Of a stretch of DNA of 38,175 nt, positions 28,775 to 37,935 are shown in pieces (position 1 is the first letter of the stretch; each line of letters opens with the position of its first letter). The stretch spans positions 1 to 38,175 of the forward strand of contig JAIRVB010000042.1 of assembly GCA_031254105.1 (NCBI GenBank), given 5' to 3'. The translations under genes and the position numbers were made by a program. The DNA is from Chitinispirillales bacterium. Lineage in GTDB: Bacteria > Fibrobacterota > Chitinivibrionia > Chitinivibrionales > Chitinispirillaceae. Under the pieces are notes generated by a model. That model worked only from the letters and a program-made list of their open reading frames with translations, ran no database searches and was not told the DNA's origin.

Positions 28775-28810
28775 ACTTTCTTAGTACTATTAAATATATT
28801 TCATGCCGGG

Positions 28811-29314
28811 CTATTTGGAGGGATTATCAGATCCATTTAAAATCTCGTTTATAATTTCATCTTCCGGCCGTATATCTTTTATCTTTTCTATTAAGGGTTT
28901 TATTATCTCTTTGGTCAGTGTGTATGAATTGTCAACACGTGTTTTGTCAAGGATAAAGGAATCTTTTCCTTTGCCTACAAGATAGTAACCTGAATATGAT
29001 CCATCGTTTCTCTTAACTATTTTTAATTCCGCGTAACCGTAAATATCGGTCAAAATAGCTATAAAGCTGTCAACGATACTCACATCCCTTTGCATGTTGG
29101 GAAATTTAACATCCCAAAGTTCATTTCCCATTAATTTAAACGGCGTTGTTTCCAGTACTTCAGCCATTTTTTCTATAACCTCTAATGGCGGAACAATTTT
29201 ACCGGATTCATATCTTTGAATCGTGTGCACGGTTTTTCCCAACGCCGCCGAAAGTTCAGCTTGTGTAAAATTTTTCTCGTTGCGGGCTTTTCTGATGCTT
29301 TCCCCAATAGACAA
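28811..29314 (-). CDS. XRE-family HTH transcriptional regulator (repressor-like) with an unknown C-terminal domain
   Basis: The N-terminal HTH is IRKARNEKNFTQAELSAALGKTVHTIQRYESGK. The gene is divergent from a Cro-like gene. The C-terminal domain is not an S24 peptidase. Confidence 0.75.
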   Translation of the reverse strand: MSIGESIRKARNEKNFTQAELSAALGKTVHTIQRYESGKIVPPLEVIEKMAEVLETTPFKLMGNELWDVKFPNMQRDVSIVDSFIAILTDIYGYAELKIVKRNDGSYSGYYLVGKGKDSFILDKTRVDNSYTLTKEIIKPLIEKIKDIRPEDEIINEILNGSDNPSK

Positions 29315-29385
29315 AAAGTATCCCCTTTTCAGTAAGAATCCGTTAATATAATTGAAGAATCAAAATGGAAAATTAGAATTTTTCC

Positions 29386-29414
29386 TTGACACAGCGTTAT
29401 AAGTAATATATATT
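29386..29414 (+). promoter_or_regulatory. near-consensus sigma70-type promoter (TTGACA-17 nt-TATATT) in the XRE/Cro switch region
   Basis: TTGACA lies at 29386-29391 and TATATT at 29409-29414, with 17-nt spacing. Confidence 0.3.
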
Positions 29415-29463
29415 ACAAAGCATGTATTTTAAAGTTGTAAATTAAAGAAAAAAGAGAAGAAAA

Positions 29464-29607
29464 ATGAAGTTAAAACCCGATAATTTACTGTTAGGCACAG
29501 CCGCGAAGATGACGGCAGCGTCCAATTTACGGCTCTGCTCTTGCAGTAAATCAGTAAATTTACAATTTAAAGGTTTATCAGCAGCCGGTCATGCAGTTAA
29601 ATAAGCT
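29464..29607 (+). CDS. possible small ORF (47 aa) inside the switch region
   Basis: Manual translation gives MKLKPDNLLLGTAAKMTAASNLRLCSCSKSVNLQFKGLSAAGHAVK, preceded by a purine-rich tract. It overlaps the GTAAATTTAC palindromes. This is a weak call. Confidence 0.2.
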
Positions 29608-29894
29608 GCGTGTTTGTTAATATCTTTTTGTAAGCTATCGCTATTTAAAGAAGCTGGAAGAGTGTAGATTTTCTCTGTAAATTTATCCTCAATCAACCAA
29701 ACAGACTCGAAAATAAAATGTCTTAATGCGGAAATGGAAAACACTTAAATAATAAAACAGAAAAATCTTAAGTATATTTATTTCTGCATTGACAGGCAAA
29801 ATTACAAAAATCATCTATACGCTCAACCGAAACCTTGGCTTAAACTATTCCGGCCTTCCGGAAGATAAAAATGTAACGGCAATGAGGAGAGTTT

Positions 29895-30242
29895 ATGAGC
29901 GCTAATGAACGAATCAAAGAATTGAGAAAATCTCTCGGATTAACACAAGCGGAATTCGGGCGCAAAGTTGGAATCGTGCAGGGACATATAACAGGAATCG
30001 AAAGCGGGAGTAGACCCATAACAGAAAAAACGGTAAAGGTAATCAGCGTGGTTTATGGAGTATCGGAAAGCTGGCTCAAAACAGGTAAAGGCAATATGTA
30101 CAGTAAAAACAGAAACCGTGATAAGGTGATCCGGCAATTTAACGAACTAAATCCCCTGTATCAGGATTTTATATTAAGTCAGTTTGAATGGTTTTTAGAG
30201 CTGCAGCGTAATATTACGCGAGAAAACCGCTCCCGCGTGTAA
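29895..30242 (+). CDS. Cro/C1-type (XRE) HTH DNA-binding protein
   Basis: The HTH is IKELRKSLGLTQAEFGRKVGIVQGHITGIESG. The gene is 115 aa and divergent from the XRE repressor. Confidence 0.75.
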   Translation: MSANERIKELRKSLGLTQAEFGRKVGIVQGHITGIESGSRPITEKTVKVISVVYGVSESWLKTGKGNMYSKNRNRDKVIRQFNELNPLYQDFILSQFEWFLELQRNITRENRSRV

Positions 30243-30371
30243 TGTAAGAGGTTTCGGATAATAGTTATATAATAAACGCGTTACGTCAAAATAAATACTA
30301 CTAAAGTTTCCTACTTACGCTATATTTGTACTCTCACTTAACCCATGTTACACGTTTTGTCAAAAAAAACA

Positions 30372-30400
30372 TTGACATTTTAGGGAAATTTTATTATTAT
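30372..30400 (+). promoter_or_regulatory. near-consensus sigma70 promoter (TTGACA-17 nt-TATTAT) about 500 nt upstream of the first tail-cluster gene
   Basis: TTGACA lies at 30372-30377 and TATTAT at 30395-30400. The leader contains a GAAA-tetraloop hairpin (GCGCGCGAAAGCGCG, about 30625-30639) and other stem-loops. Confidence 0.4.
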
Positions 30401-30899
30401 ATTAATCGGTGATACGCTCTTTACGTAACTCTAAGAGAGTACGAAAATCACTTCCTCTGCCTTTTGTGCGCCGCACACATACTGGGCAATGGGGAAAATG
30501 CGCTGGGATCAAATTATACAATCTTGCCTGATTTTTCCAGACAGCGTGCAAAGAGTTAAAAGAACAGCCGTTTTGGCGCTTTAGCAGTCAAAACGGAAAG
30601 AAACTTTTAGTTGAAGGAGAAGCGCGCGAAAGCGCGTATCCTGTCAATTGCTTTTTACCGCTTAAGCATGAATAAGTTTTTGCGTGAGTCTATATTACAG
30701 CAGGCCCGTACAGAACGACGCAGCGTTGTCTAAACGGTAAAAGATGTATTCGTTGGCAGCATTTTGCTGCGGATTAAAAAAGCTTTAAAGCGTTAATTTT
30801 TTCGGCTTTCACCGGCCAACCATTATAACCTGATACAGAACGCAGTGGCAGTCTCTGTACATAAGATGTGAAACATACCTTTACAGGGGAGTTGTATTC

Positions 30900-31397
30900 A
30901 TGAGTGATTCGCTTATTGCCAAAATAGAAAGCCGAATTCTGGAGTTGATTGGAAACATTAACGAAGGAGGCGGATATAATTACAACTGGGAAAAAAGAGC
31001 TGCCGTGAATATGGTTTTCTCGGACGGTACGATGTTTCCCGGCGCAGGAATAGATTTAGTTGAAGAAAAAAATATTGATGAAGCTGAGAATGAAAACGTT
31101 GCAGGCCCGACAGGAGCCAATGCCTGCGCTTACTATAATGTCCTTGATTACTGCATAAGTATCGGCGGAAAGTATAATGGCAAGTCTCCTGAAAGAGGGC
31201 AGCTCTTTAAAGCGCTTGACGATTTGAAAAAAGTGTTCGGAATCAACTACACGCTTGGGGATTCGGGGGCGTCAATCGTTATGTACAGGGGTTTCGAGTT
31301 AGTTAATGATGAAAATGGTTTATTGACAATTAAAAGCAGCTGGCTTGTCAGGTATTACCAGAGCCGTACGGAACCGGGCGATACCGCTGAAATTTGA
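30900..31397 (+). CDS. hypothetical protein, first gene of the tail module (possible tail terminator/completion protein)
   Basis: The 165-aa protein is co-directional and tightly linked to downstream tail genes. No recognisable motif was found. Confidence 0.3.
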   Translation: MSDSLIAKIESRILELIGNINEGGGYNYNWEKRAAVNMVFSDGTMFPGAGIDLVEEKNIDEAENENVAGPTGANACAYYNVLDYCISIGGKYNGKSPERGQLFKALDDLKKVFGINYTLGDSGASIVMYRGFELVNDENGLLTIKSSWLVRYYQSRTEPGDTAEI

Positions 31398-31454
31398 TTA
31401 TGAATATATATCACAATTAATTACCTCACCTTTTCTATAATGGAGGAAAGATAA

Positions 31455-32537
31455 ATGAGTTCGTATTATTCAAGTAACCTCAGGATATTGGTTGCGAAAA
31501 TTGAAAAAGCGCCGGGTACGGCGGTGAGTAAATTCGACAACGAGGACTTTAATGTAAGGATAATTGACCCCGTTGTAACACCCATGATCGAAACAGACAA
31601 CGAAGCCAGCAAGTACGCCACCGGAGACCATGGCGAAGATGAGTCCATAATGGGAGCGCAAAGCGCAACGATTGAGTTTTCTGTTAAAATGTCCTCATGT
31701 CCAGGTGATAATGTAAGCAAACCGGCGTGGTGGAAATTTGCGGAAGCTTGCGGGTGTAAAGTAAAGAAGTATGAGGCAAAAGATGCTTCTCCGGCCGGGT
31801 ACGCTCTTCAGCCCAAAAAATCTGAAGATGTTTCAACTATGACAATCAGAGTCTACGATTTTCCCAGGGGCTCAAAAACTCCGGCCGCCTGCTATACCTT
31901 TGCCGGCTGTATGGGTAATATGACGATGGGAGCCGAAGGAGTTGGAAAACCCTGGACAGCCGCTTTCTCATTTACCGGTAAATTGGTGAGTATAGACGAA
32001 CCAGAGGATAATTTTGTTCCCGAGTTGTTAATCACAGACAAAACGATTGCGGAGAAAATGTTAAATTATGATCTGTCTTTTGATGGAATAGGTGAAGCGG
32101 ATAAAAGCGTCTCCCAAAAAATCAGTTCCTTTCTCCTTGACATTGGAAACGAAATCTCTCCGCTTATAGATCAGGCCGACCCCACTGGTTACGCTTATTA
32201 CGCCGTCACTAAAAGAAGTCCTAGATTATCCTGTGATCCTTTGTTAAATGGCAAATTCGCGGATATGTACGGCAGCTGGAAAAATGAGAAAACATTTTCC
32301 GTAACTTTGAGTCCTGTTTCCGCAAGCGCTAACGGTACTGCCGGATTTACCCTTTATTTGCCAAAAGCGCAAGCGCTTACAGCCGCAATCGTAAGCCGTG
32401 AAGGTTTGGTAAACTGGGAACTGAACCTCAAAGCCCTGCGTAATAACGGCGCTGAAAAGATCAGAGACCAGGAAGTAACATGGGAACTGCTTGTTGGGAA
32501 AAAATCCATAGAAGTAGAAACAGAAGAGGATAACTAA
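31455..32537 (+). CDS. putative major tail (tube) protein of a non-contractile tail
   Basis: The 360-aa gene sits immediately upstream of the chaperone G/G-T pair, the conserved position of the major tail protein. It is too large for a myovirus tube. Confidence 0.35.
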   Translation: MSSYYSSNLRILVAKIEKAPGTAVSKFDNEDFNVRIIDPVVTPMIETDNEASKYATGDHGEDESIMGAQSATIEFSVKMSSCPGDNVSKPAWWKFAEACGCKVKKYEAKDASPAGYALQPKKSEDVSTMTIRVYDFPRGSKTPAACYTFAGCMGNMTMGAEGVGKPWTAAFSFTGKLVSIDEPEDNFVPELLITDKTIAEKMLNYDLSFDGIGEADKSVSQKISSFLLDIGNEISPLIDQADPTGYAYYAVTKRSPRLSCDPLLNGKFADMYGSWKNEKTFSVTLSPVSASANGTAGFTLYLPKAQALTAAIVSREGLVNWELNLKALRNNGAEKIRDQEVTWELLVGKKSIEVETEEDN

Positions 32538-32554
32538 AAAAGGTTGGCCAGAAG

Positions 32555-33001
32555 ATGGAAAAACGCATGTTGACAGAAGATGTAAAGCGGGAACTTTTGG
32601 GACTTATCCCATTTTCGGCGGGCAGTACAGATGATTTTACGCCGCCCGCGTTTTTGAAGATGAACTCTGAAGGCAAACACATAATTCCCGAAGAGTTCCG
32701 GCCTGTTTTTAAGATTCGCAGCTTTACGGTTGAAGAGAAGCGCGGCGTAGCTAAAATGCTCATCAAAATTAAAGAGGCTGAAGAGGACGCTGTTACCGAA
32801 GCGACCCGTAAAATAGTTACAGGCTGGAAAAACCTGTTCGACGCGGGGACAGGCGCGGAGATCGCCTTTACGGGCGCTCCCGACGGCGGCGCTGATCCTG
32901 TTCTGTTTTCGCAGATCCCCGCCGCTGTCGCGGGAGCGATTCTGTTTCACGGGGCAAGAATATCGGGAGTTCTGGCGGCTGAGAAGTTAAGTTTAAAATA
33001 A
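32555..33001 (+). CDS. phage tail assembly chaperone (lambda gpG-like)
   Basis: The 148-aa acidic protein lies directly upstream of the tape measure. It ends at a slippery heptamer, and the -1 frame is open. Confidence 0.55.
   Translation: MEKRMLTEDVKRELLGLIPFSAGSTDDFTPPAFLKMNSEGKHIIPEEFRPVFKIRSFTVEEKRGVAKMLIKIKEAEEDAVTEATRKIVTGWKNLFDAGTGAEIAFTGAPDGGADPVLFSQIPAAVAGAILFHGARISGVLAAEKLSLK
32992..32998 (+). other. programmed -1 ribosomal frameshift site U_UUA_AAA (X_XXY_YYZ) fusing 32555..32998 to 32998..33402 (G-T product of about 282 aa)
   Basis: TTTAAAA sits in phase with the 0-frame codons agt-TTA-AAA-taa. The -1 frame opens only 10 nt upstream (after TGA at 32980-32982) and continues to 33402. 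Confidence 0.55.
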
Positions 33002-33042
33002 TCGCCGCGGCACATGCCGGACAGCTTCCGTTTAACTGTCAG

Positions 33043-33402
33043 GTGTGCCGGGATGAGCCTCAGATGAGGGAGTCCTGGGGGTGTGACAAACCGGCCCCTG
33101 CCGCGGTTTGGGAAGACCCGGAATTGGGTGAGTTTTTCAACTGTCCGCTTAAGTTTATTTCTGAGACGGTTGTAGACTGGTATGAGGAGTATTCATATAA
33201 TCAGGACTTCAGCGCCGCCGCGCCGGCGTTTCTTAAGCAGAGCGCCAAGTTTGCAGAGGCTTGCCGTCTTTACAAAACAGCGTTCAATGAGTATTTAGCA
33301 AAAGCGTCCAAAAAAAAGACAGCTAAACAGGATGGTTTACAAATTTTAAAGGAACGTTTTCATGGCTCAAGAGATAAAAACAGTAGTAGCGCAGTTGATT
33401 GA
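33043..33402 (+). CDS. T-portion of the tail assembly chaperone G-T frameshift product (annotated from its internal Met; likely expressed only as a fusion)
   Basis: It is in the -1 frame relative to 32555..33001 and overlaps the tape-measure start by 41 nt. Confidence 0.5.
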   Translation: MCRDEPQMRESWGCDKPAPAAVWEDPELGEFFNCPLKFISETVVDWYEEYSYNQDFSAAAPAFLKQSAKFAEACRLYKTAFNEYLAKASKKKTAKQDGLQILKERFHGSRDKNSSSAVD

Positions 33403-34459
33403 TGAGGCGTCTCCCGCCGCCGCGAAGATGCAGGCCGCCTTTGAGAGCAGTATGGATAAGATAACCGGTTCCGTTGACAGCGTCAGCGAGTCTTTTAAAA
33501 GTCTTGACTTTAATACTGCCGGTATTGATACCGCAGTATCCTCGCTTCAGAATCTTGCTGGCAGCGTTTTTAACGTCGGTGATAGTTTTGCCGTTCTTGA
33601 AAGCGTTTCCGTACTTCAGGATATTATTGATGGCGGGGTTGAAGCAGGAAATGTTCTTACGCTGCTTTCCGGGATCGCGGCGGATACCGGCAGCTCCTAC
33701 ATGGAAATGGGCTTGCGGACAGTTGAATCTCTTACTGAAATCATGGGAAACTCAGAGGAGATTCTTGGGAGCATAGGCGATTATTTCGGTCAATTTAAAG
33801 AAGACGCTCTCAGCGGAGCGGTTGGCTTTGCCTCCGCTGTAAGCGACATCGGCGCCAAGCTTACGGCGCAAGCAAAAAGTCAGGTTGAGGCGCAGCGCAA
33901 GGCTGATATAGAGAAAGTCAAGCACAGCGCTATGAACGAAGAGGAGAAAGCAAAAGCCATAGCTGAGATTGACAAAAAGGCGGAAGCTGAAAAGAAAAAG
34001 ATAGCGCAGGCGGAAAAAGCTATGGCTATTACAAAAGCTGTTATCAACTCCGGACTTGCGGTAGTCAACGCTCTTGCAACACCGCCCTTTCCGGTGGGTC
34101 TTGCCATGTCCGCAGTCGCGGCTGCCCAGGGCGCCGCACAGGTTGCGGCTATCTCCTCCCAGTCATTCGCGCAGGGCGGAATTGTTGGCGGTACAAGCTA
34201 TACAGGAGATAATGTCGCCGCAAGAGTCAACAGCGGCGAGATGGTGCTTACACGCGGACAGCAGTCTCAGCTCTTTGCGATGGCTAATGGCGGGGGCGGC
34301 GGCGGGAACACAATCTCAATGGGCGGCGATACTATCGTAATAAACGGAAACGCTGATCAGGATGCGGTCGATCAAATAAGACAGACTAAACAGGAGCAGA
34401 TGGAACAGATGAAAGACCTGCTCAAAGAGATGAAGTATCACGGCCAGCTGGAGCTTTAA
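33362..34459 (+). CDS. tail tape measure protein (short, 365 aa)
   Basis: A coiled-coil K/E/A-rich stretch (KAIAEIDKKAEAEKKKIAQAEKAMA) is followed by hydrophobic A/G-rich segments and a Gly-rich run. The position after G/G-T fits. Confidence 0.55.
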   Translation: MAQEIKTVVAQLIDEASPAAAKMQAAFESSMDKITGSVDSVSESFKSLDFNTAGIDTAVSSLQNLAGSVFNVGDSFAVLESVSVLQDIIDGGVEAGNVLTLLSGIAADTGSSYMEMGLRTVESLTEIMGNSEEILGSIGDYFGQFKEDALSGAVGFASAVSDIGAKLTAQAKSQVEAQRKADIEKVKHSAMNEEEKAKAIAEIDKKAEAEKKKIAQAEKAMAITKAVINSGLAVVNALATPPFPVGLAMSAVAAAQGAAQVAAISSQSFAQGGIVGGTSYTGDNVAARVNSGEMVLTRGQQSQLFAMANGGGGGGNTISMGGDTIVINGNADQDAVDQIRQTKQEQMEQMKDLLKEMKYHGQLEL

Positions 34460-34462
34460 TTT

Positions 34463-35308
34463 ATGATTATCTCATCAAATGATTTTGAAAGCTTTGAGTT
34501 TAAGATACTGCCAGGTTTTAAGCCCGTTACCAAACCCGCTTTAAAGTGGAAACAGCTTGCTAACGGCAGTAATATTGTTATTGACAGATTAGCCGCAAGC
34601 GACATTTACGAAGCCGATGTTTCACTTTATGGAAGAGAAGATGAGATTGACAAACTAATAGGCGCGCTTGAAAAAAACAGGCGTTCCGTAAAATCAGCCC
34701 CAAACACGTTTTGGCTGGCGGGATTTAACAACGCCGAGAAAATTTTTGGCGCTGAGATCGACTATTCCATTTCCATTAAAGCTATGGTAACAAAGTTTGG
34801 GAGCAAAGAACAAAAATCGCTGCGGGGATTTTCGGTAAAGCTTACCCTTAGAGCGCTTAACCTTCGTAAACGCACCGGTATTACAGCACAATTCCCCCAA
34901 ATCAACAACCTCTGTGAAAATCCCGGCGCGGCGGCTTTTTTAGCGGTCGGATTTACGGCGGATTCCGTTATTGATATGAGAAGAGGAGATTCCTACACAG
35001 GGGTCCCCAATTTTTCAGACACGCGGGCCGACAGCGGTTTTTTTGAGGGAACATTTACGCTTAAGACAGATGATATGGCAGCCTTGCGCCTCTTTTTACT
35101 CGAAGAGAACAGAGGCGGGATAATCACGCGCAATTCTAAAGAGGGTAAGATAATAAACAGTATTCCAGGAGTGCAAAATATTTTCGGCGTTCGCCGGACT
35201 CAACCTCAATCAGGTTTTAACGTAAGAATAACCGAGTGGACTGATATGGGCATGAAAAGTCTTGATTTCTGGCGGATAAAAATGAAAATAGCCGAGGAAA
35301 CGGTTTAG
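34463..35308 (+). CDS. putative distal tail (Dit-like) / baseplate hub protein
   Basis: The 281-aa gene starts 3 nt after the tape-measure stop. The assignment is positional. Confidence 0.35.
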   Translation: MIISSNDFESFEFKILPGFKPVTKPALKWKQLANGSNIVIDRLAASDIYEADVSLYGREDEIDKLIGALEKNRRSVKSAPNTFWLAGFNNAEKIFGAEIDYSISIKAMVTKFGSKEQKSLRGFSVKLTLRALNLRKRTGITAQFPQINNLCENPGAAAFLAVGFTADSVIDMRRGDSYTGVPNFSDTRADSGFFEGTFTLKTDDMAALRLFLLEENRGGIITRNSKEGKIINSIPGVQNIFGVRRTQPQSGFNVRITEWTDMGMKSLDFWRIKMKIAEETV

Positions 35309-35354
35309 TTGATAATGCTTAATAATACAGAAATAGAACAATAGGAAACTGAAT

Positions 35355-36296
35355 ATGGCTGAAAAATTGGTAGGAGCGGGGCAGCAGTTCAATACTGTCT
35401 TAGCCGCGGTTAACAGTTCCTCAGACGGAGATACTGTTACCATAACCGACAGCGGGACATACGCCGAGCGGCTTGATATGATCTCTCTGACAGGTATCAC
35501 TCTAAGAAGTACAGGCAATGATCCCGACGCTTTCCCTGTTGTAAAACTGTACCTTGACTCAAATACCCTCAACCATATTAATAACTGGGTATTCAGCTCA
35601 TTGATATTTGAACCTAACGGAGATTCCCGCTTCACCTTCAATCTCCAGAACATCTCTTTTAACCGCTGCGTTTTCCGAAAATACGACTATCTTTTCGGCT
35701 GCGATTATACAAACAACGGCGTCAAAAAAATCGAAAGCTGCCTCTTTTATGATATCAGCGATTATGTTTTTTTCGCGCGTAAGAATTTTCACGCCAACGC
35801 GTTGCTTGTGAAAAACTGCACCTTTCACAATTGCGCCAATATTTTTAAAGACGATTTTTGGAACGTAGAAGCCGCTAAAGAACCAAAAGTCAATAATTGC
35901 GTATTTACCGCGTGTCCGAATATCGCTTCTCAGGTTGAAGACAGCGCCCCGCCTTACGGACGGCGCAGCGGACTGTTTCAGCAGTTTAAATACTGCACGT
36001 TTTCAAACGATCCCCAAACCGCAAACGCGAAATTTGGCGAAAGCTGTCTTGTAAACAAAAACGAATCGGATATTTATTCGCGCAGCGGCAGCGGAACGCT
36101 GCCAAGTCATTTTAAGATAACGGATAATCCGTCCGTGTATAAATCGGGCTCCGGTTCTTTAGGATACAGCCCCGATCTTGGCGGTTTCACACGAACTTCG
36201 CCTTATGACCGTGGAGCGTGGGAGTGTGACGGCCAGCCGTCGATAGTTGAAACGAAAATGATATTACCTTATATAAATTATCAAGGAGCTTTCTGA
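35355..36296 (+). CDS. right-handed parallel beta-helix repeat protein (tail spike/fibre or tail-associated depolymerase-like)
   Basis: Repeated N-C-x-F / asparagine-ladder motifs are present (NRCVFRKY, NCTFHNCAN, NNCVFTACPN). Length is 313 aa. Confidence 0.45.
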   Translation: MAEKLVGAGQQFNTVLAAVNSSSDGDTVTITDSGTYAERLDMISLTGITLRSTGNDPDAFPVVKLYLDSNTLNHINNWVFSSLIFEPNGDSRFTFNLQNISFNRCVFRKYDYLFGCDYTNNGVKKIESCLFYDISDYVFFARKNFHANALLVKNCTFHNCANIFKDDFWNVEAAKEPKVNNCVFTACPNIASQVEDSAPPYGRRSGLFQQFKYCTFSNDPQTANAKFGESCLVNKNESDIYSRSGSGTLPSHFKITDNPSVYKSGSGSLGYSPDLGGFTRTSPYDRGAWECDGQPSIVETKMILPYINYQGAF

Positions 36297-37045
36297 TGGC
36301 TATTAGAAATCAAGAACTTACCGTTAATTTTTTAGTATGGGACACAGAAAACAATTGCGGAAAAACCGGCGATGCCGCCAACATTACGTTAAAAATCATA
36401 AAAGACGGCGCTGTGTTTAATGTAAACGCTGGCAGGGTTACTGAGGTAAGCGCGGCAAATACGCCGGGAATCTATCAGATCATTCTTACCGCAAGTGAGA
36501 TGGATGCAAATTTTATATGCGTCTCCGGCGTCTCCTCAAGTAACAAAGTGGTTGTCTATCCCGCGTTTATACAGACGGAAAGCGGGGAGCTGGTTGAGAT
36601 TAAAAATATGCTTCATCAGATAAAAAACATTATGCCGGGCGGCACATCCAACCAATTTGCGACTAAGCAGGATGTAGAAAACGCGGTGAATATGATACTC
36701 TCTCAGGTAAGCGAATGTAAATGCGCGACAGAAAATGTCGAGAGTAATGTTAACGCAATGTTTCAGGGCGGCGTCATTATAAAAAATACATTTAAAAGTG
36801 ATTTTGAAAATTGGGTCTCAGACGGCGTAAAGCAAACAAGGTTTAACGAACTTACTGATTTACCAACGAAAGACCCTACTTTAGAACAGGCAATAATGCT
36901 TTCGTATATGAAAGCGAGAAATAAAACTGTAAATAATGAAAGAGAGCTGGTAATTTACAGATGCGGGGAGAGTAAGGCGGTTTTTAAAGCGGAACTTTCG
37001 GATAATGGCAGTGTGTTTACTAAAAGTGAGCTGAAAAACACTTAA
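36296..37045 (+). CDS. hypothetical tail/baseplate-associated protein
   Basis: The 249-aa gene overlaps the upstream gene as TGATG (translationally coupled). Confidence 0.3.
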   Translation: MAIRNQELTVNFLVWDTENNCGKTGDAANITLKIIKDGAVFNVNAGRVTEVSAANTPGIYQIILTASEMDANFICVSGVSSSNKVVVYPAFIQTESGELVEIKNMLHQIKNIMPGGTSNQFATKQDVENAVNMILSQVSECKCATENVESNVNAMFQGGVIIKNTFKSDFENWVSDGVKQTRFNELTDLPTKDPTLEQAIMLSYMKARNKTVNNERELVIYRCGESKAVFKAELSDNGSVFTKSELKNT

Positions 37046-37095
37046 CCCCGGTTGTCTAAATTGTACGTTGGTTTCTTTTCAAAAGGCTGCTTATT

Positions 37096-37935
37096 ATGAC
37101 TTCAGAATTAAATGACCGTCAAAAAAGAATGCGCGCGTTAAACGCGGTTCTTGACCCAATACCATTGTATCCAATTCCATGTGAGGAAGGATGCGCGGCA
37201 GACCGCGCTCATATTGCGGGCTTTTATTATCCGCTTGAGGATCTCCCGCGTAATTACGCTATTTATTACGCTGTCGAGCTTACCCCACATCAATATATGA
37301 CAGATGAAAGTGTAATCCCGGCACAATCGCCGCCGCTGTCTGAAAATAAAAATATCGGTCTCAAAAATGGCGTCTTCCGCTGGATTACAGGTACGCCCGG
37401 CTTTGACGGCGATAACAACGGCGCGAAAATGGAGAACGAAACTCCCAATCCTTTTAAATGGTACGAAGGTATTCTCATAAAAGATGGAATGTATAACCCA
37501 AACCGCAAAATAGATATTAAAGAATTGGGAGATTATGCCACTCTTAACGGATTTAATTTTTCAGTACGAAATGACCTTGCTTTTTGGAAAATAATTGAAG
37601 ATGAGAAAATATATATAGCAAATTACCAGGTAAGGGTATTTGTGGTACTTGACAAAACTTTTTATAATTTATGGGAGGGAGTTGTAAAATCCATATCGCA
37701 TACAGAAACGGAATATGAGTTTAAGTGCGAAACCGATTTTAAAGTGATACATAAAGCGTTCCCGCAGCGGCTTGTAACAGAAGAACTCTTTGGAGATAGC
37801 GTAAATAAAGATTCCATTGGGCAGGCGGTCCCGGTGTGCTTGGGAGATGCGCCTTATGCGGAAGGGTTGAATGTATCGAATGTGGTTAAGCCTGTAATGT
37901 TTAAGATAAAAAAAGCAAATGTTGTTAGCGGGTAG
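37096..37935 (+). CDS. hypothetical tail fibre/baseplate protein
   Basis: The 279-aa gene is co-directional in the tail module. No motif was recognised. Confidence 0.3.
   Translation: MTSELNDRQKRMRALNAVLDPIPLYPIPCEEGCAADRAHIAGFYYPLEDLPRNYAIYYAVELTPHQYMTDESVIPAQSPPLSENKNIGLKNGVFRWITGTPGFDGDNNGAKMENETPNPFKWYEGILIKDGMYNPNRKIDIKELGDYATLNGFNFSVRNDLAFWKIIEDEKIYIANYQVRVFVVLDKTFYNLWEGVVKSISHTETEYEFKCETDFKVIHKAFPQRLVTEELFGDSVNKDSIGQAVPVCLGDAPYAEGLNVSNVVKPVMFKIKKANVVSG

Noticed and set aside
7111-29565. Shared 15-mer at 7111 and 29551 considered as attL/attR of one large integrated element
   Set aside because: The interval contains core housekeeping genes (fmt, rsmB, gltX, glgE, tsaD), so it cannot be a single mobile element. 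The repeat is retained only as a possible operator.
28679-30900. Search for an integrase or excisionase near the XRE/Cro switch
   Set aside because: No tyrosine- or serine-recombinase-like ORF is present between tsaD and the tail genes. If one exists it lies outside the window.
31455-32537. 360-aa protein considered as a contractile sheath (R-type tailocin/myovirus)
   Set aside because: In contractile tails the sheath precedes a tube of about 150 aa, which lies immediately upstream of the chaperone pair. Here the 360-aa gene itself abuts the chaperones, and the smaller gene precedes it. This fits a siphovirus major tail protein.
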